DNA from: a virus | Taxonomy: Duplodnaviria > Caudoviricetes | Virus record (IMG/VR): IMGVR_UViG_3300043812_000026 | DNA: 64,000 nt | Strand: one strand, 5' to 3' | In this document: positions 1 through 10,451 of the stretch, in pieces | Layout: every line of letters begins with the position of its first letter | Position numbering within the stretch: position 1 is the first letter of the stretch | Notes under the pieces: generated by a model | Databases searched by the model: none | Told to the model about the DNA's origin: nothing | What the model saw: the letters and a program-made list of their open reading frames with translations, nothing else | Made by a program: the position numbers and the translations under genes

Positions 1-183
1 TTCTTATGCTACTTATATGGGGTACTGATTCAACAAGTAGTTACATTGGCAATATTAAATTAAATATTAGCTATGGAGGTCTATTAATTAGGTTTCTTTT
101 TTGGTATAATTAAAAAGATGTCGAAAGACGGACAAGGCTTACTCTACTATCCACTAGGGTAAGACCTATTAACTATAAAGGAA

Positions 184-969
184 GTGTATAGGGTGGATAA
201 TACTAAAAAGGTAGATCCTTTAGTAAAAGACAATAAGTTTATTGGTACTTATTGGCAATGGTTAAAGCGAGAATTAAGTGGGTGGGATAGAGTTCCTTGG
301 TTAATTTTTGGCTTAGGGATTGGATTACAATTAGGTATTTTAATTTTTAATCCTATTAATTGGGTTACTATCGTATCCTTCATTGGTATCTTCTTTGGCT
401 TTTGGTGTACGGTAGCTATGGCGGCTGGTGGTTATAACTATGCTGGCGAACGGGTTGCTACACATAGTATCAATGGGTTATTAGGCGCTATCTCAGTAGT
501 AGCTTATATTATTGTTAATGCTCAAGCCGGTCACTGGTGGAGTTGTTTAGACCAATTAGTTTTCTTCTTTATGATTGACCTTGGGCTAATGATTAATTGG
601 CGTACTTGGGGACAAGGTAAGAATAATGTAATTAAAACCTTAACTAAACGTGGTTGGTTATATGTTATTTTAGCAATTATTATTGCGTGGATTGTATTAT
701 ACTTCGTTGGGGTTGAATTACATGATACTAACCCCGTATGGGACGCACTAACCCTCGCTATTGGTGGTACGGCTAGTTGGTTATGCTTTAGAAGATATAG
801 TCAAACTTTCACCTTATGGATTTGTTCAGATGTAGTCAACGTAATATTATGGTTTACTACGATTAGTCAGGGAATTAGTTCTGCTTCGATTGCAATGTTT
901 GCCATGACAATTATGTACTTTGTTACCGCTATTATGGGAAAGTTTAATTGGAAGCCAACAACTAAATAA
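184..969 (+). CDS. pnuC: PnuC-family nucleoside transporter (possibly deoxynucleoside-specific PnuN type)
   Basis: Seven to eight hydrophobic helices; PnuC-like motifs 'W..WG', 'P.WDALT', 'LWICSDVVNVILW'. True start may be the GTG at 193, after AAGGAAG. Confidence 0.85.
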   Translation: MYRVDNTKKVDPLVKDNKFIGTYWQWLKRELSGWDRVPWLIFGLGIGLQLGILIFNPINWVTIVSFIGIFFGFWCTVAMAAGGYNYAGERVATHSINGLLGAISVVAYIIVNAQAGHWWSCLDQLVFFFMIDLGLMINWRTWGQGKNNVIKTLTKRGWLYVILAIIIAWIVLYFVGVELHDTNPVWDALTLAIGGTASWLCFRRYSQTFTLWICSDVVNVILWFTTISQGISSASIAMFAMTIMYFVTAIMGKFNWKPTTK

Positions 970-976
970 TTAAAAT

Positions 977-1007
977 AAAAGGATAAGTATAAAAAACTTA
1001 TCCTTTT
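977..1007 (+). terminator. Intrinsic terminator
   Basis: aaaaggataagt-loop-acttatcctttt inverted repeat directly after the pnuC stop. Confidence 0.7.
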
Positions 1008-1058
1008 ACTATTGACTAAAAGTAATCGTTGTGATAACATTAATATTGTTGAAGGAGG

Positions 1059-1274
1059 GTGTTAATTATTAAAAAGATAGATCTGAAAAAAATTAAAACT
1101 GCAAGAACTAAACAACACCTTACACTGCAAGATTTAGCGGATAGCTTAAATCTAAGCCATCGAAGTGTATATGCTTTAAAGGAGCAGGGTAAACGTTCTT
1201 TTAAGGTTGACGAGTTGCCTACTTTATGCAGGGTGTTACATTTGACGTTAGACGAAATTTATACGAAAGAATAA
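1059..1274 (+). CDS. XRE-family helix-turn-helix regulator
   Basis: IKTARTKQHLTLQDLADSL..SVYALKEQGKR..F...EL..LC.VL pattern typical of Cro/C1 HTH. Confidence 0.85.
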   Translation: MLIIKKIDLKKIKTARTKQHLTLQDLADSLNLSHRSVYALKEQGKRSFKVDELPTLCRVLHLTLDEIYTKE

Positions 1275-1286
1275 GGATGGAAGTTT

Positions 1287-2225
1287 ATGTTTGAATTTAA
1301 TTATCACGATACATACGTATATGTAGTTAACTATAATGGTAAATATTGGGTAGATTGGAAACTACTAGCTTCTCCAGTATTTGACGAGGTTAACTATCAA
1401 AAATCAATGAGTAATAATTTTGCGTTGGATTGTCGATTAGTATTAAAGACATCTATTCATAAAGACGATTTACCAAGCTTATATAAAATATATTTAGGTA
1501 AGTCATGTTACTTAGTAGAATTAAATGCTTTAACTGAATATTGTATTAATTCTGGTCCAATGGAATTTATTGACTTTATCTTTGATGTGGTTATTCCGAA
1601 AATTAACAAGACGGATCATGTACATATTGATTGTAAAACAGATAAACTTGTTAAGCGTAACCCTAAAAAAGAACAACCTGAAAAAGTTAATGTTGATCTA
1701 ACTAAAGTTTTAGCAAGTATTGAAGAATTAAAAGAACGTCAACAAATTATTGAAGAGAAGCTAGATAAGTCTTTGGCTAATACTCCTCATCTATCTGCTA
1801 ATGATCAAGAGTTAATTCGACTTTACCAAGAAAACCAAGCTTTATCGTCTATTAATAATTATGCTCCTGTTTCTACTCAACCTACAAAGCGAGTCACGGT
1901 TGACCTCAGTAAAGAAACAGATAAAACTCTAAAAGACGATAAATCAATGACTATTGGAGACTTCTTACAGTCTTTTAATGCTATTTATAATCTACTCTAT
2001 ACAGAAGAAGACGCTATTAAGATCTTAAAGGATAGCAAGCAATTGAGTAATAGAAGGACTACTTATAACCAGCCTATTAATAATGCAAAGTATCGTCATT
2101 ACTTTGTTGATGGTAGTGCGCCTAAGGGTAGAGTACCTAAGCTTTCTCGGGCTGGTCAATTATGGTTAGAAAAGAAGTTGTTAAGATTTACCAAGTTTAA
2201 TAGTATGAAGGAGTTGCCAGACTAA
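1287..2225 (+). CDS. Hypothetical protein, antirepressor-like architecture
   Basis: N-terminus loosely BRO-like (F.DFIFDVVIPKI), central coiled coil, C-terminus loosely KilAC-like (PKLSRAGQLWLEKK). Confidence 0.45.
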   Translation: MFEFNYHDTYVYVVNYNGKYWVDWKLLASPVFDEVNYQKSMSNNFALDCRLVLKTSIHKDDLPSLYKIYLGKSCYLVELNALTEYCINSGPMEFIDFIFDVVIPKINKTDHVHIDCKTDKLVKRNPKKEQPEKVNVDLTKVLASIEELKERQQIIEEKLDKSLANTPHLSANDQELIRLYQENQALSSINNYAPVSTQPTKRVTVDLSKETDKTLKDDKSMTIGDFLQSFNAIYNLLYTEEDAIKILKDSKQLSNRRTTYNQPINNAKYRHYFVDGSAPKGRVPKLSRAGQLWLEKKLLRFTKFNSMKELPD

Positions 2226-3361
2226 TGAAAGCTCTAGTATGTGGAGATGTTCATTTAACTAATTATGGAATGTTTAATGAGCCGACAGATGATCCAGCAG
2301 TAGGGTCTCGTCTATCCTATATCTTAAAAGCATTAGATGATTTCTTTGCTTATGGTAAGGAAAATAACATTAATACATATATCATTAATGGAGATTTGTT
2401 TGACTCACGACAGAGCGATAATCCAACTACATTAGCTCATATCCGTAAACACTTTATTACTAGTTTCAGAAATTTAACTAATGTTAATAAGGTTACGCTA
2501 TACTTAAACTCGGGTAATCACGATCAACTTACTCGTAGTGTTACCCCAAATAGTTTAGAAGACTTTGAATTGTATTCTACTGATACTCATAAGATTAAAG
2601 TGATTAATGCAGTTACTCCTATTCAGGTAGATAACAATACTGAATTATTTTTTATTCCCTATGACGAGGATATTAAAGGAACTAAAGAAGCGGTTAAGGA
2701 TTATTTATACAAACATCCTTTTAATGGAGCTGTTAATGTGTTTGCTCATTTAGGTGTAACAGGGGCTACCCAAGGACGCTGGAACCATCGTTTAGGTGGA
2801 GCGTTTAATCTCGATGATCTAGGTTGGAACGCACCTAATGTAAAGTCAATTTCTCTTTCGCATTATCATACCCGCCAGAGCCTTAAAAAAGAGGGTACTA
2901 AAGACGCTTATTATATTGGTGACTTAACTGCTCTTAACTTTAATGATATTGGTAGTGATGGTTTAGGTGTACCTCGTGGATTTGATGAGATTGACTTAGA
3001 TACGGGAGAGCATAAGTTTATTGATTTAACACAAAGTCCCTATAATATTCCTACTTTTAATCAAATTAATTTAGATACAGACGATAATTTTGATTTAGCT
3101 ACACAAGTAGACGATCATTCTTATTATAAGATTAGTTGTAAGTCAAAAGATACTTATGAAAAGTTAGCTAAAGAATTAGAAAATAATTCTATTGCTTCTC
3201 GTGTGCAATTAATCCTTTTGCCTCAAGAGCAACGTGTTACAATTGATGTAGACGCTAATGCTACTGATACTGAATTAGTATCTAAATATTGTGATTTGAA
3301 TTATCCCGAAGTTAAAGATAAAGCATTAGACTACTTAAGAAAGGCAAAAGAAGCAGAGTGA
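2225..3361 (+). CDS. Mre11/SbcD-like recombination exonuclease (metallophosphoesterase)
   Basis: GDVH, NGDLFD, GNHD, AHLG, SHYH motifs. Confidence 0.9.
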   Translation: MKALVCGDVHLTNYGMFNEPTDDPAVGSRLSYILKALDDFFAYGKENNINTYIINGDLFDSRQSDNPTTLAHIRKHFITSFRNLTNVNKVTLYLNSGNHDQLTRSVTPNSLEDFELYSTDTHKIKVINAVTPIQVDNNTELFFIPYDEDIKGTKEAVKDYLYKHPFNGAVNVFAHLGVTGATQGRWNHRLGGAFNLDDLGWNAPNVKSISLSHYHTRQSLKKEGTKDAYYIGDLTALNFNDIGSDGLGVPRGFDEIDLDTGEHKFIDLTQSPYNIPTFNQINLDTDDNFDLATQVDDHSYYKISCKSKDTYEKLAKELENNSIASRVQLILLPQEQRVTIDVDANATDTELVSKYCDLNYPEVKDKALDYLRKAKEAE

Positions 3362-5175
3362 TAACTTTAGAATTAGGAAACGTTTTCATTAAGATAGTTT
3401 TTGAAAATGTGAATGATAAAACAATTGAATGGGTTTGGAGTCAAATTCATACTACTTTTGATCCGTTAGACCCCGAAAGGTTTAGGAAACGTCCTTATAA
3501 CCTTAGAAAAAGTAACGGAGATCGTGTGTGGGATGGCAGGGTAAACCTATGCGAGGAGAAAGATCATTTAGTACCATTAGGGTTTTATGACAGACTAATA
3601 GTGCTTATGAGAAGTATTGAACAATCCTCTGGGATTGTAGTTAAGGTAGTAGATAAACGAGGACCTGCTTTACACTTTAATATTCCAGACGAAATTACTA
3701 TTGATGGTCACGGTAAGGAAAAGACTATTACGTTACGTGACTACCAATATCAATCAGTTGTACAAGCAGAAAAAGAACAATCTGGTATAATCTTAAACGC
3801 TGTGAACTCAGGTAAATCAATTACTGCAATTACAATCTTTAAGTATTTGTTACCAAAATTAAAAGATGGGCAACATTTGCTTTTTATTGCTCCTAACTCT
3901 AGTATTATGAACCAGTTATATGATAAGTTTAGCCATTATCTAGGTGAAGGCATTACTGGTGTTTGGGGCGATGGTAAAAAAGATATTAATAAGCCTATAG
4001 TATGTGCTACCATTCAGAGTTTAGCCTCTGCAATTAAAGAACCAAAGACTAAACCTACTAAAAAGAAAGATAAGCTCTTAGGTCGTTTTGCTGAACGCTA
4101 CGCACCCGCTATTTTAGAATCTGGTGATCCTCGATCTAATCTTGAATTATTAGCTAGAAATTTCCACCCTAACTATAAGTATGAACAAGATGATATTGAA
4201 GAATTACGTAGTCTTTGTATGAATTTACAAACGTCTGATGACGTAGAGGACTATTTTAAGGGTGTACAAAAGCGCTATAAGAAGTTGCTTTATAGTCTAA
4301 ATGAAAGTGCTTATGAGAAGTATTATGACGCTATAGATTTATTAAAGTCTACTAGAGCTGTTATTTGTGACGAGGTTCATCGTGCTGGTGCTATTTCTTA
4401 CTGGAATGTTTTCCACTATCTTGATAACGCTAGAATGAAGCTAGGGTTAACTGGTACTTTAGATAAGACTAAGAAAATTAGTATGGCACATATTCGTGGG
4501 TTGTTTGGAAAAGATTTAGTAAGCGTTACTAATGACCAGATGATTAGTCGTGGTGTATCTGCTAGACCGCATATTAGGCTAGTACCTATTGATGAGCCTA
4601 CAGACCTCGAACCTCGTATTCAAGCTACAATGATGGCTAAGGGATATTCTCAGCTACCTACTGCTGATCTGTTGTCCTATCAGATTGCATATGATTTAGG
4701 AGTAGTCCATAATGAATACCGTAATCGTGTTGTTGCTGAATTAGCTTATAAAGCTTCTTCTAAGCTGGATAAGCAAGCAGTACTAATTATGGTTACGTCT
4801 ATTGAGCATGGAGAATTGATCGGAGAACAGCTTGATAAATTAGGTGCAGAGTACCAATTCTTGCAGGGTAAAGATGATAGTGCTACCCGAGAAAAAGCGA
4901 TTGATGATATTGTTAGTGGTAAGCTTAAAATTGTAATTGCTACTAAGATTTTTGAAGCTGGGATTGATATTCCTAACTTAAAGGTATTAATTCTTTGTGA
5001 TGCTTTAAAGTCTTACATTTCTGTTATTCAGAAGATCGGGCGTGTGTTACGGATAATGCCAGATAAGCGAGATGTGTTTATATTCGATCTTGTTGACAGG
5101 ACACAAAATTCGTTATTTAAACACGCTCAAGATCGAGTAAGGTATTATAAAGACGAAGGTTTTGAAGTTAAATAA
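3358..5175 (+). CDS. Superfamily 2 DNA helicase (UvsW-like)
   Basis: LRDYQ, SGKS, DEVH, LTGT, GIDIPNL, QKIGRVLR motifs. Confidence 0.92.
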   Translation: MITLELGNVFIKIVFENVNDKTIEWVWSQIHTTFDPLDPERFRKRPYNLRKSNGDRVWDGRVNLCEEKDHLVPLGFYDRLIVLMRSIEQSSGIVVKVVDKRGPALHFNIPDEITIDGHGKEKTITLRDYQYQSVVQAEKEQSGIILNAVNSGKSITAITIFKYLLPKLKDGQHLLFIAPNSSIMNQLYDKFSHYLGEGITGVWGDGKKDINKPIVCATIQSLASAIKEPKTKPTKKKDKLLGRFAERYAPAILESGDPRSNLELLARNFHPNYKYEQDDIEELRSLCMNLQTSDDVEDYFKGVQKRYKKLLYSLNESAYEKYYDAIDLLKSTRAVICDEVHRAGAISYWNVFHYLDNARMKLGLTGTLDKTKKISMAHIRGLFGKDLVSVTNDQMISRGVSARPHIRLVPIDEPTDLEPRIQATMMAKGYSQLPTADLLSYQIAYDLGVVHNEYRNRVVAELAYKASSKLDKQAVLIMVTSIEHGELIGEQLDKLGAEYQFLQGKDDSATREKAIDDIVSGKLKIVIATKIFEAGIDIPNLKVLILCDALKSYISVIQKIGRVLRIMPDKRDVFIFDLVDRTQNSLFKHAQDRVRYYKDEGFEVK

Positions 5176-5199
5176 TATTGAAAGGTTCTAGGTTGGTTA

Positions 5200-5724
5200 A
5201 TGGCAGTAAAAAATTATGAGCAATATACAGTTACTGAACACGCTAAGAAAAGGATTTTAACCCGTTTTAATATCACTAATAAAGAGTTTGATGAGTGGTT
5301 AGCCCGTTTGTTATCTCAGTGTACTTATTTAGAGACACAAGACAATAAGCGAATGCGTTATCGTTTAAATGATATTATTGTAGTAATTGATCCAAAACAG
5401 CATACAGTGGTAACTGTTTATTCACAGAACGAAAATGAGATCGATATTTCATCTGCGCCAACGAACCCAGAAATACAAACTGTAATTAAAGAAGCACTAA
5501 ACGATTATATGAATAAGAAAAAGGTATCATTAGCTGTTAAGCTTCAAGAGTCAATACAGCAGGCTTATGACGCTAACCAACGAATGATTAACCCCTATTC
5601 TAATTATCGTTATACAAATAAATCTTGGGATGAGTTTTGTAAGGCTTATGAAACTATTACTTCTATTGTTGAGAGTGGTAAGTCTTTATTGAAAGAAGCG
5701 GAGTCCAAGATCAAGGAAGGATAA
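5200..5724 (+). CDS. Hypothetical protein (N-terminus 'TEHAKKRI' resembles RelE-like/DUF4258 fold)
   Basis: ORF with start site; weak motif similarity only. Confidence 0.5.
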   Translation: MAVKNYEQYTVTEHAKKRILTRFNITNKEFDEWLARLLSQCTYLETQDNKRMRYRLNDIIVVIDPKQHTVVTVYSQNENEIDISSAPTNPEIQTVIKEALNDYMNKKKVSLAVKLQESIQQAYDANQRMINPYSNYRYTNKSWDEFCKAYETITSIVESGKSLLKEAESKIKEG

Positions 5725-5730
5725 AGCTAT

Positions 5731-8700
5731 ATGAAAAGAATGTTAGTAGTATTGGATCATTATGACGCTGATATGTTTAAAGTGGTTAATAAGAAAGCCG
5801 AAGGAAACTTTTTACATAGTGTCGTAGGTTCAATTCTTTCTAATAAAATTATTGGTCACCCAAAAACAGGTTTAGATACGAAAGATACAACAGTAGACTT
5901 GAAGTTTCTTTATACTGATAAAGTACCCCCTCGTAATAAATACACTAATGCAGTTGTTAAGCCATCTGCTAGTATCTTGCATAAGAAACGTGATGAGATG
6001 GTGCAGTATATCTTAGATACTAAACCCGATATTGTTGTTTCTTATGGAAGTTGGTTTAAGAATGAATTAACTTCTTTATATAAACTTCCTAAAGATATGT
6101 TTGAATTAATTCCGTTTAAGCTACCCCAAAGTGACTTTACTACTTACTTAGTATTTAACCCGTCACTTAAACAACAATTCTTCTTGGGTAGCTATGAACG
6201 AGATAAGATGATTATTAGTAATCGAATGGTTAATCGGTTTTTAAAAGGTGGGATTGAGAATACTAAGCCTCAGTTTGGTAAGTATCGTTTAGTTACTAAT
6301 TATCATGAGGTAGAACGTATTTTTAATGAAGTTTTACCTAAGTACCCAATCATCGCACTGGACTTTGAAACTAATACCCTTGAAACTTATCGTAAAGGGT
6401 GCTAAGGCTATTATGGTAAGTATGAGTTGGGAAGAACATCAAGGTGTTTCGATTCCGCTTAATCATCGTCTTAGTCCTAATTTGTGGACTAAAGAACAGT
6501 TCGATAGTATCATTAATATGATTAAAGAATTAATGATGAAAGAGCAACGTAAGGTATTACATAACTGTATCTATGATATTCATATGATGATGGATATTTA
6601 CGGGCTAGAGTATGCTACTAATTGTGTTGATACTATGCTTATGTATTATGAAACAGTGGATGAGAACCAAGGCGCTCAACGTGGGCTAAAGCACTTAGCT
6701 TATAAGTATACTGATATGGGTGGTTATGAAGACGAACGTGATCAAGCTATTGAACAATACTTAAAGAATGATTATGACCGTTGGTATTCTACTGAAATGG
6801 AAAAGTATGAAAAAGGCGAACGTAGTCGTAAGCCAAGTAAGACACAGTATACAGCTCCTACTAACCAAGTAGACGGTGGTAAGGTAGATTTCGAGTGGTT
6901 GCCTATGGAAACTATTTATAAGTACGCTTCTGCTGATACTGATGTTACCCTCCAACTTTATCACATTTTTGATAAAAAGGTTAAGTCTCGTCCTAAGTGG
7001 GTTAAGTTCTGCTATGAATTCTTCCCACAACTATGCGATACTTTAGCTTATATGCAACATACTGGTTTTCAAATGGATATGGATAAAATGGAGAAATACA
7101 GAGAACACTTCACTACTGATATTGAAGAAGTTACTAAAAAGATGTATGAGGTTTCTCCCGAAATCCAAGAATACGAAAATCATAACCTAGCTCTTTTGCA
7201 AGAACGGGAACAGATTAAAGCTATCAAGCCTGCTGATCGGACACCAGAGCAGAAAGAGAAATTTAAGGAATATGGTAAGCTACGTGGTGAAGATACTAAT
7301 GGTATTCCTAAATACAAGTTTAACCCTGGATCTAGTGAAAAGATTGGCTATGTTTTATACCATATGTTAGGCTACAAGCTACCTGCTGATAAAGAGTATT
7401 TAAAACCAAAAGCTGTCCAGTCTCGTAAGTTAAGCCATCCAGAAAAACTTACGTGGAAAGATTATAAGACTGATCGTAATTCAGCCCTACCCTATATTAA
7501 AAAGACTTATCATGCTCCATTAGTTGATTTATTGTTGGCTTATTCCAACGATAAGAAAATGATTAGCTCTACTGTTGAGGGATATAGTAAGCTGGCTGAT
7601 GCTACGGGAAAATCACATCCTACTTTCCACCCATCTGGTTGCTTAGACGGGGACACTTTAATCCCTACCAGTTTAGGTATTAAGAAATTAAAAGATCTTT
7701 CAGACAATAGAGAAGAAGATACTTTTAAGGATTTGAAAATTGATATTATTAATAAAGATAATAATAAAGAATTAACAGACGCTTTTTATTATTCTGGTAT
7801 TCGAGACTCCTATCAGATCAATTTAGAGAATGGTAGTAGTATTATTACTACTCCTAACCATCCTCTGATTGTTAATAATTTTTTAAAAACTAATAATAAA
7901 ATTCCAATGTACAAATATAAAGGAAAACCTTACTTGACTAACTATTTAAGTAAGTTTAATGATGAGGAATGGCTACCTACTAAAGATATTAAGGCAGGTT
8001 ATTGGATTAAAGGTACTATTGGGGGAAATATTTATGGTAATAAGACAACTATTGAATTTAACGACAGTGAATTTCCTAGCAATACTAGAAGTAAAAAGAA
8101 AAAAGTTACCCTCCCACATGAGTTGACTCCAGAGCTAGCAGAATTCTTAGGAATGTATACTGCTGATGGTAGTTATAGTAGTAGCAAAAAGGGTAGCCAG
8201 ATTCTTATTACTAATGATGATCAAGTTGTTCAGGAGAGGTTGGATTATTTAATTAAACACTTATTCAATGTAGATCCTTATTATCGAGTAGATACAAGAC
8301 ACGGTAGGGAAATTACTGTTAATATAGGCTCTACACAAGTTTTTAGGTATCTTAAAAAAATGTTTAATATTAGTTCCCGAGGGTACGAAAAAACCGTCCC
8401 ACAGTTAATATTAGACTCCACAAAAGAAGTTCAATTAGCTTATTTAAAAGGACTTACGCTTGACTCTAGTATTTATAAGAAAGGGTATCCTTCCATTTAT
8501 TTAAGTACAACCTCGGAGGAGCAGGCAAAGGCAGTCTATTCGATGCTATTAAATATTGGTATCTATGCTAGATTTGCTAAACGTAAGATTTACCCTAGAC
8601 TAGGGTATAAACATGAACATCCCTTATATGATATAATGATTAGTCACGAAGACGTAAAAGTTTTTGTAGAGTGTATAGGATTTGTTGAAATAGAAGAAAA

Positions 8701-10430
8701 GCTTAAACCTTTGATTGCTAAAATAAATAATTATTCTTATACGAAAAAACCTAAACATTATGGTGTTATAAGATATAATAATTTTATATGGTTAAAAATA
8801 AAGTCTATTGATTATTTAGGAAAAAGACCTATGTATGACTTAAAGACTTGTGACACTCATAGTTTTTTAGGTAACAATATTATTAGTCATAATACGTCTA
8901 CTTCTAGGCTCTCTAGTAGTAATTTTAATGCCCAGAATATTAAAAAGCCTACAAGTGACGTTTATGATCCTAATTATAATTATTCAGCTAAAGGACTATT
9001 TAAGTCAAGATTTAAGGGTGGATATATTTTTAATATTGATTATAAGTCACTAGAAATCTTTATTTCTTCTTTAATTGCTAAAGATATTGGTATGATGCAG
9101 GCTTTAATGGATGGTGCTGATATACATAAACGTAACGCTAGTTTAGCTTTTAACATTCCTGTTGATGAGGTAGATTCCGAACATAGATACCTTGCGAAAG
9201 CCGTAGACAAACTTGCGGCCATATTATAGTAATATAATTTGAAAAACATCCCCTAAACGGGCTTACCGTAATAAGGTGGTAAGAGAAGCTAAACCTTATA
9301 ATTTAAGTAGGGCAGGCTAATCCCGTACCAAGTTAAAACAGGTCTAACGACTATATAGGGAATATCCTAATAGGATAAAGATATAGTCTTAACTATAACG
9401 AAAGTTATTAGACAAAAATGAAGTTTTGGTTAATTACTAAAAGTAAGCCACTTTTAACAGTAATGTTAATTGAAAAATATCCCCTAAACGGGCTTACCGT
9501 AATAAGGTGGTAAGAGAAGCTAAACCTTATAATTTAAGTAGGGCAGGCTAATCCCGTACCAAGTTAAAACAGGTCTAACGACTATATAGGGAATATCCTA
9601 ATAGGATAAAGATATAGTCTAATCTACTTAGAAATAAGTAGTTAATATAATTGTTACTTTACGGAGAGTCTCCACAAGGACTTTCAGAGTCACGTGGATT
9701 AACTTTAGAAGAAGCTCAACAGGTTTATGATAAAGTGCTAAGTGCTATGCCACAAATGCAAAAGGCGATTGAGGTTACCGAAGACTTTGTAGAGCAACGG
9801 GGATATGTAGAGACGATTGCAGGACACGTAAGACGATTACCAGAAGCTACTCAGAGTTTAGATTATGGTAAGAAATCTCGTGCTATACGTCAGTCTTTTA
9901 ACGCAGTTGTTCAAGGTAGCGGAGCATATTGTACTAATACTGCTCTAATTATCATTCGCAATACGTTACGTAAATATGGGTTAAAGTCTCGTATTGCTAT
10001 TACGGTGCATGACTCGATCGTATTAGACGTACACCCAGATGAAATTAATATTGTCCCAGCAATGGCAAAGAAGATTATGGAACATTTACCTATTCAAGAT
10101 TTTATTCTTAACATAAATGATTTCCCTACTTTAAAAATTGCTGATAAGTATAAGATTAATGATACTCAATTCCGTTTCCCACTTTTCGGTGAAATTGCTT
10201 TTGGCAAGACTTATGGTGATGATCTTGACTTCGACTTTGATGATTACAAAGCTCTGGGGATTGATAGGTATTATCAATTTAGTATGGAATGTAAGTACAT
10301 TGAGGATAAGGCTAATACTGATTTAAGTAAGGAAGATGATAATGATAAGAAAGCTGAGATTGTTAAACAACGAGATCGGCAATTAGAGGAAATTAGAAAT
10401 AAATATTTTAAAAAGGTTGACAATAAATAA
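5731..10430 (+). CDS. polA: Family A DNA polymerase (N-terminal extension, 3'-5' exonuclease, polymerase), split by one frameshift, an intein and two group I introns
   Basis: ExoI DFET, ExoII HN..YD, ExoIII YASADTD, T.TSRLSS, motif A DYKSLE, motif B reconstructed as RYLAKAVSFGLLYG, motif C VHDS. Removing 1 nt at 6397-6399 and both introns gives a 4260-nt frame (1419 aa precursor, 1001 aa without intein). Confidence 0.93.
7640..8893 (+). mobile_element. Intein with LAGLIDADG homing endonuclease domain (418 aa)
   Basis: Starts CLDGDTLI, block B TPNHP, LAEFLGMYTADG and LAYLKGLTLDS motifs, ends ISHN before +1 Thr; exteins rejoin as HPSG/TSTSRLSS. Confidence 0.93.
9205..9420 (+). ncRNA. Group I intron 1 in DNA polymerase (216 nt, no ORF)
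   Basis: P1 exon GCCGU with GCGGC (U.G at splice site); P10 AAACUU with exon AAGUUU; P7 GACUA/UAGUC; terminal G9420. Confidence 0.9.
9239..9620 (+). repeat. 151-bp direct repeat (9239-9389 and 9470-9620), the two intron cores
   Basis: One mismatch seen (C9247/T9478); offset 231 nt. Confidence 0.95.
9421..9430 (+). other. 10-nt micro-exon of DNA polymerase (completes Val, then Ser-Phe-Gly of motif B)
   Basis: GCC GT|A AGT TTT GGT|TTA CTT TAC GGA restores frame and AVSFGLLYG. Confidence 0.88.
9431..9653 (+). ncRNA. Group I intron 2 in DNA polymerase (223 nt, no ORF)
   Basis: P1 exon UGGU with GCCA; P10 AAAGUAA with exon UUACUUU; same core as intron 1; terminal G9653. Confidence 0.9.
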
Positions 10431-10445
10431 TGTATGTTATATACT
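10417..10445 (+). promoter_or_regulatory. sigma70/sigmaA-type promoter
   Basis: TTGACA-17 nt-TATACT. Confidence 0.85.
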
Positions 10446-10451
10446 ATACTT

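Noticed and set aside
6326-6405. Programmed frameshift or two-subunit polymerase
   Set aside because: The break falls inside the exonuclease domain just after ExoI and shares the extra-G signature of seven other sites; sequencing error is more likely
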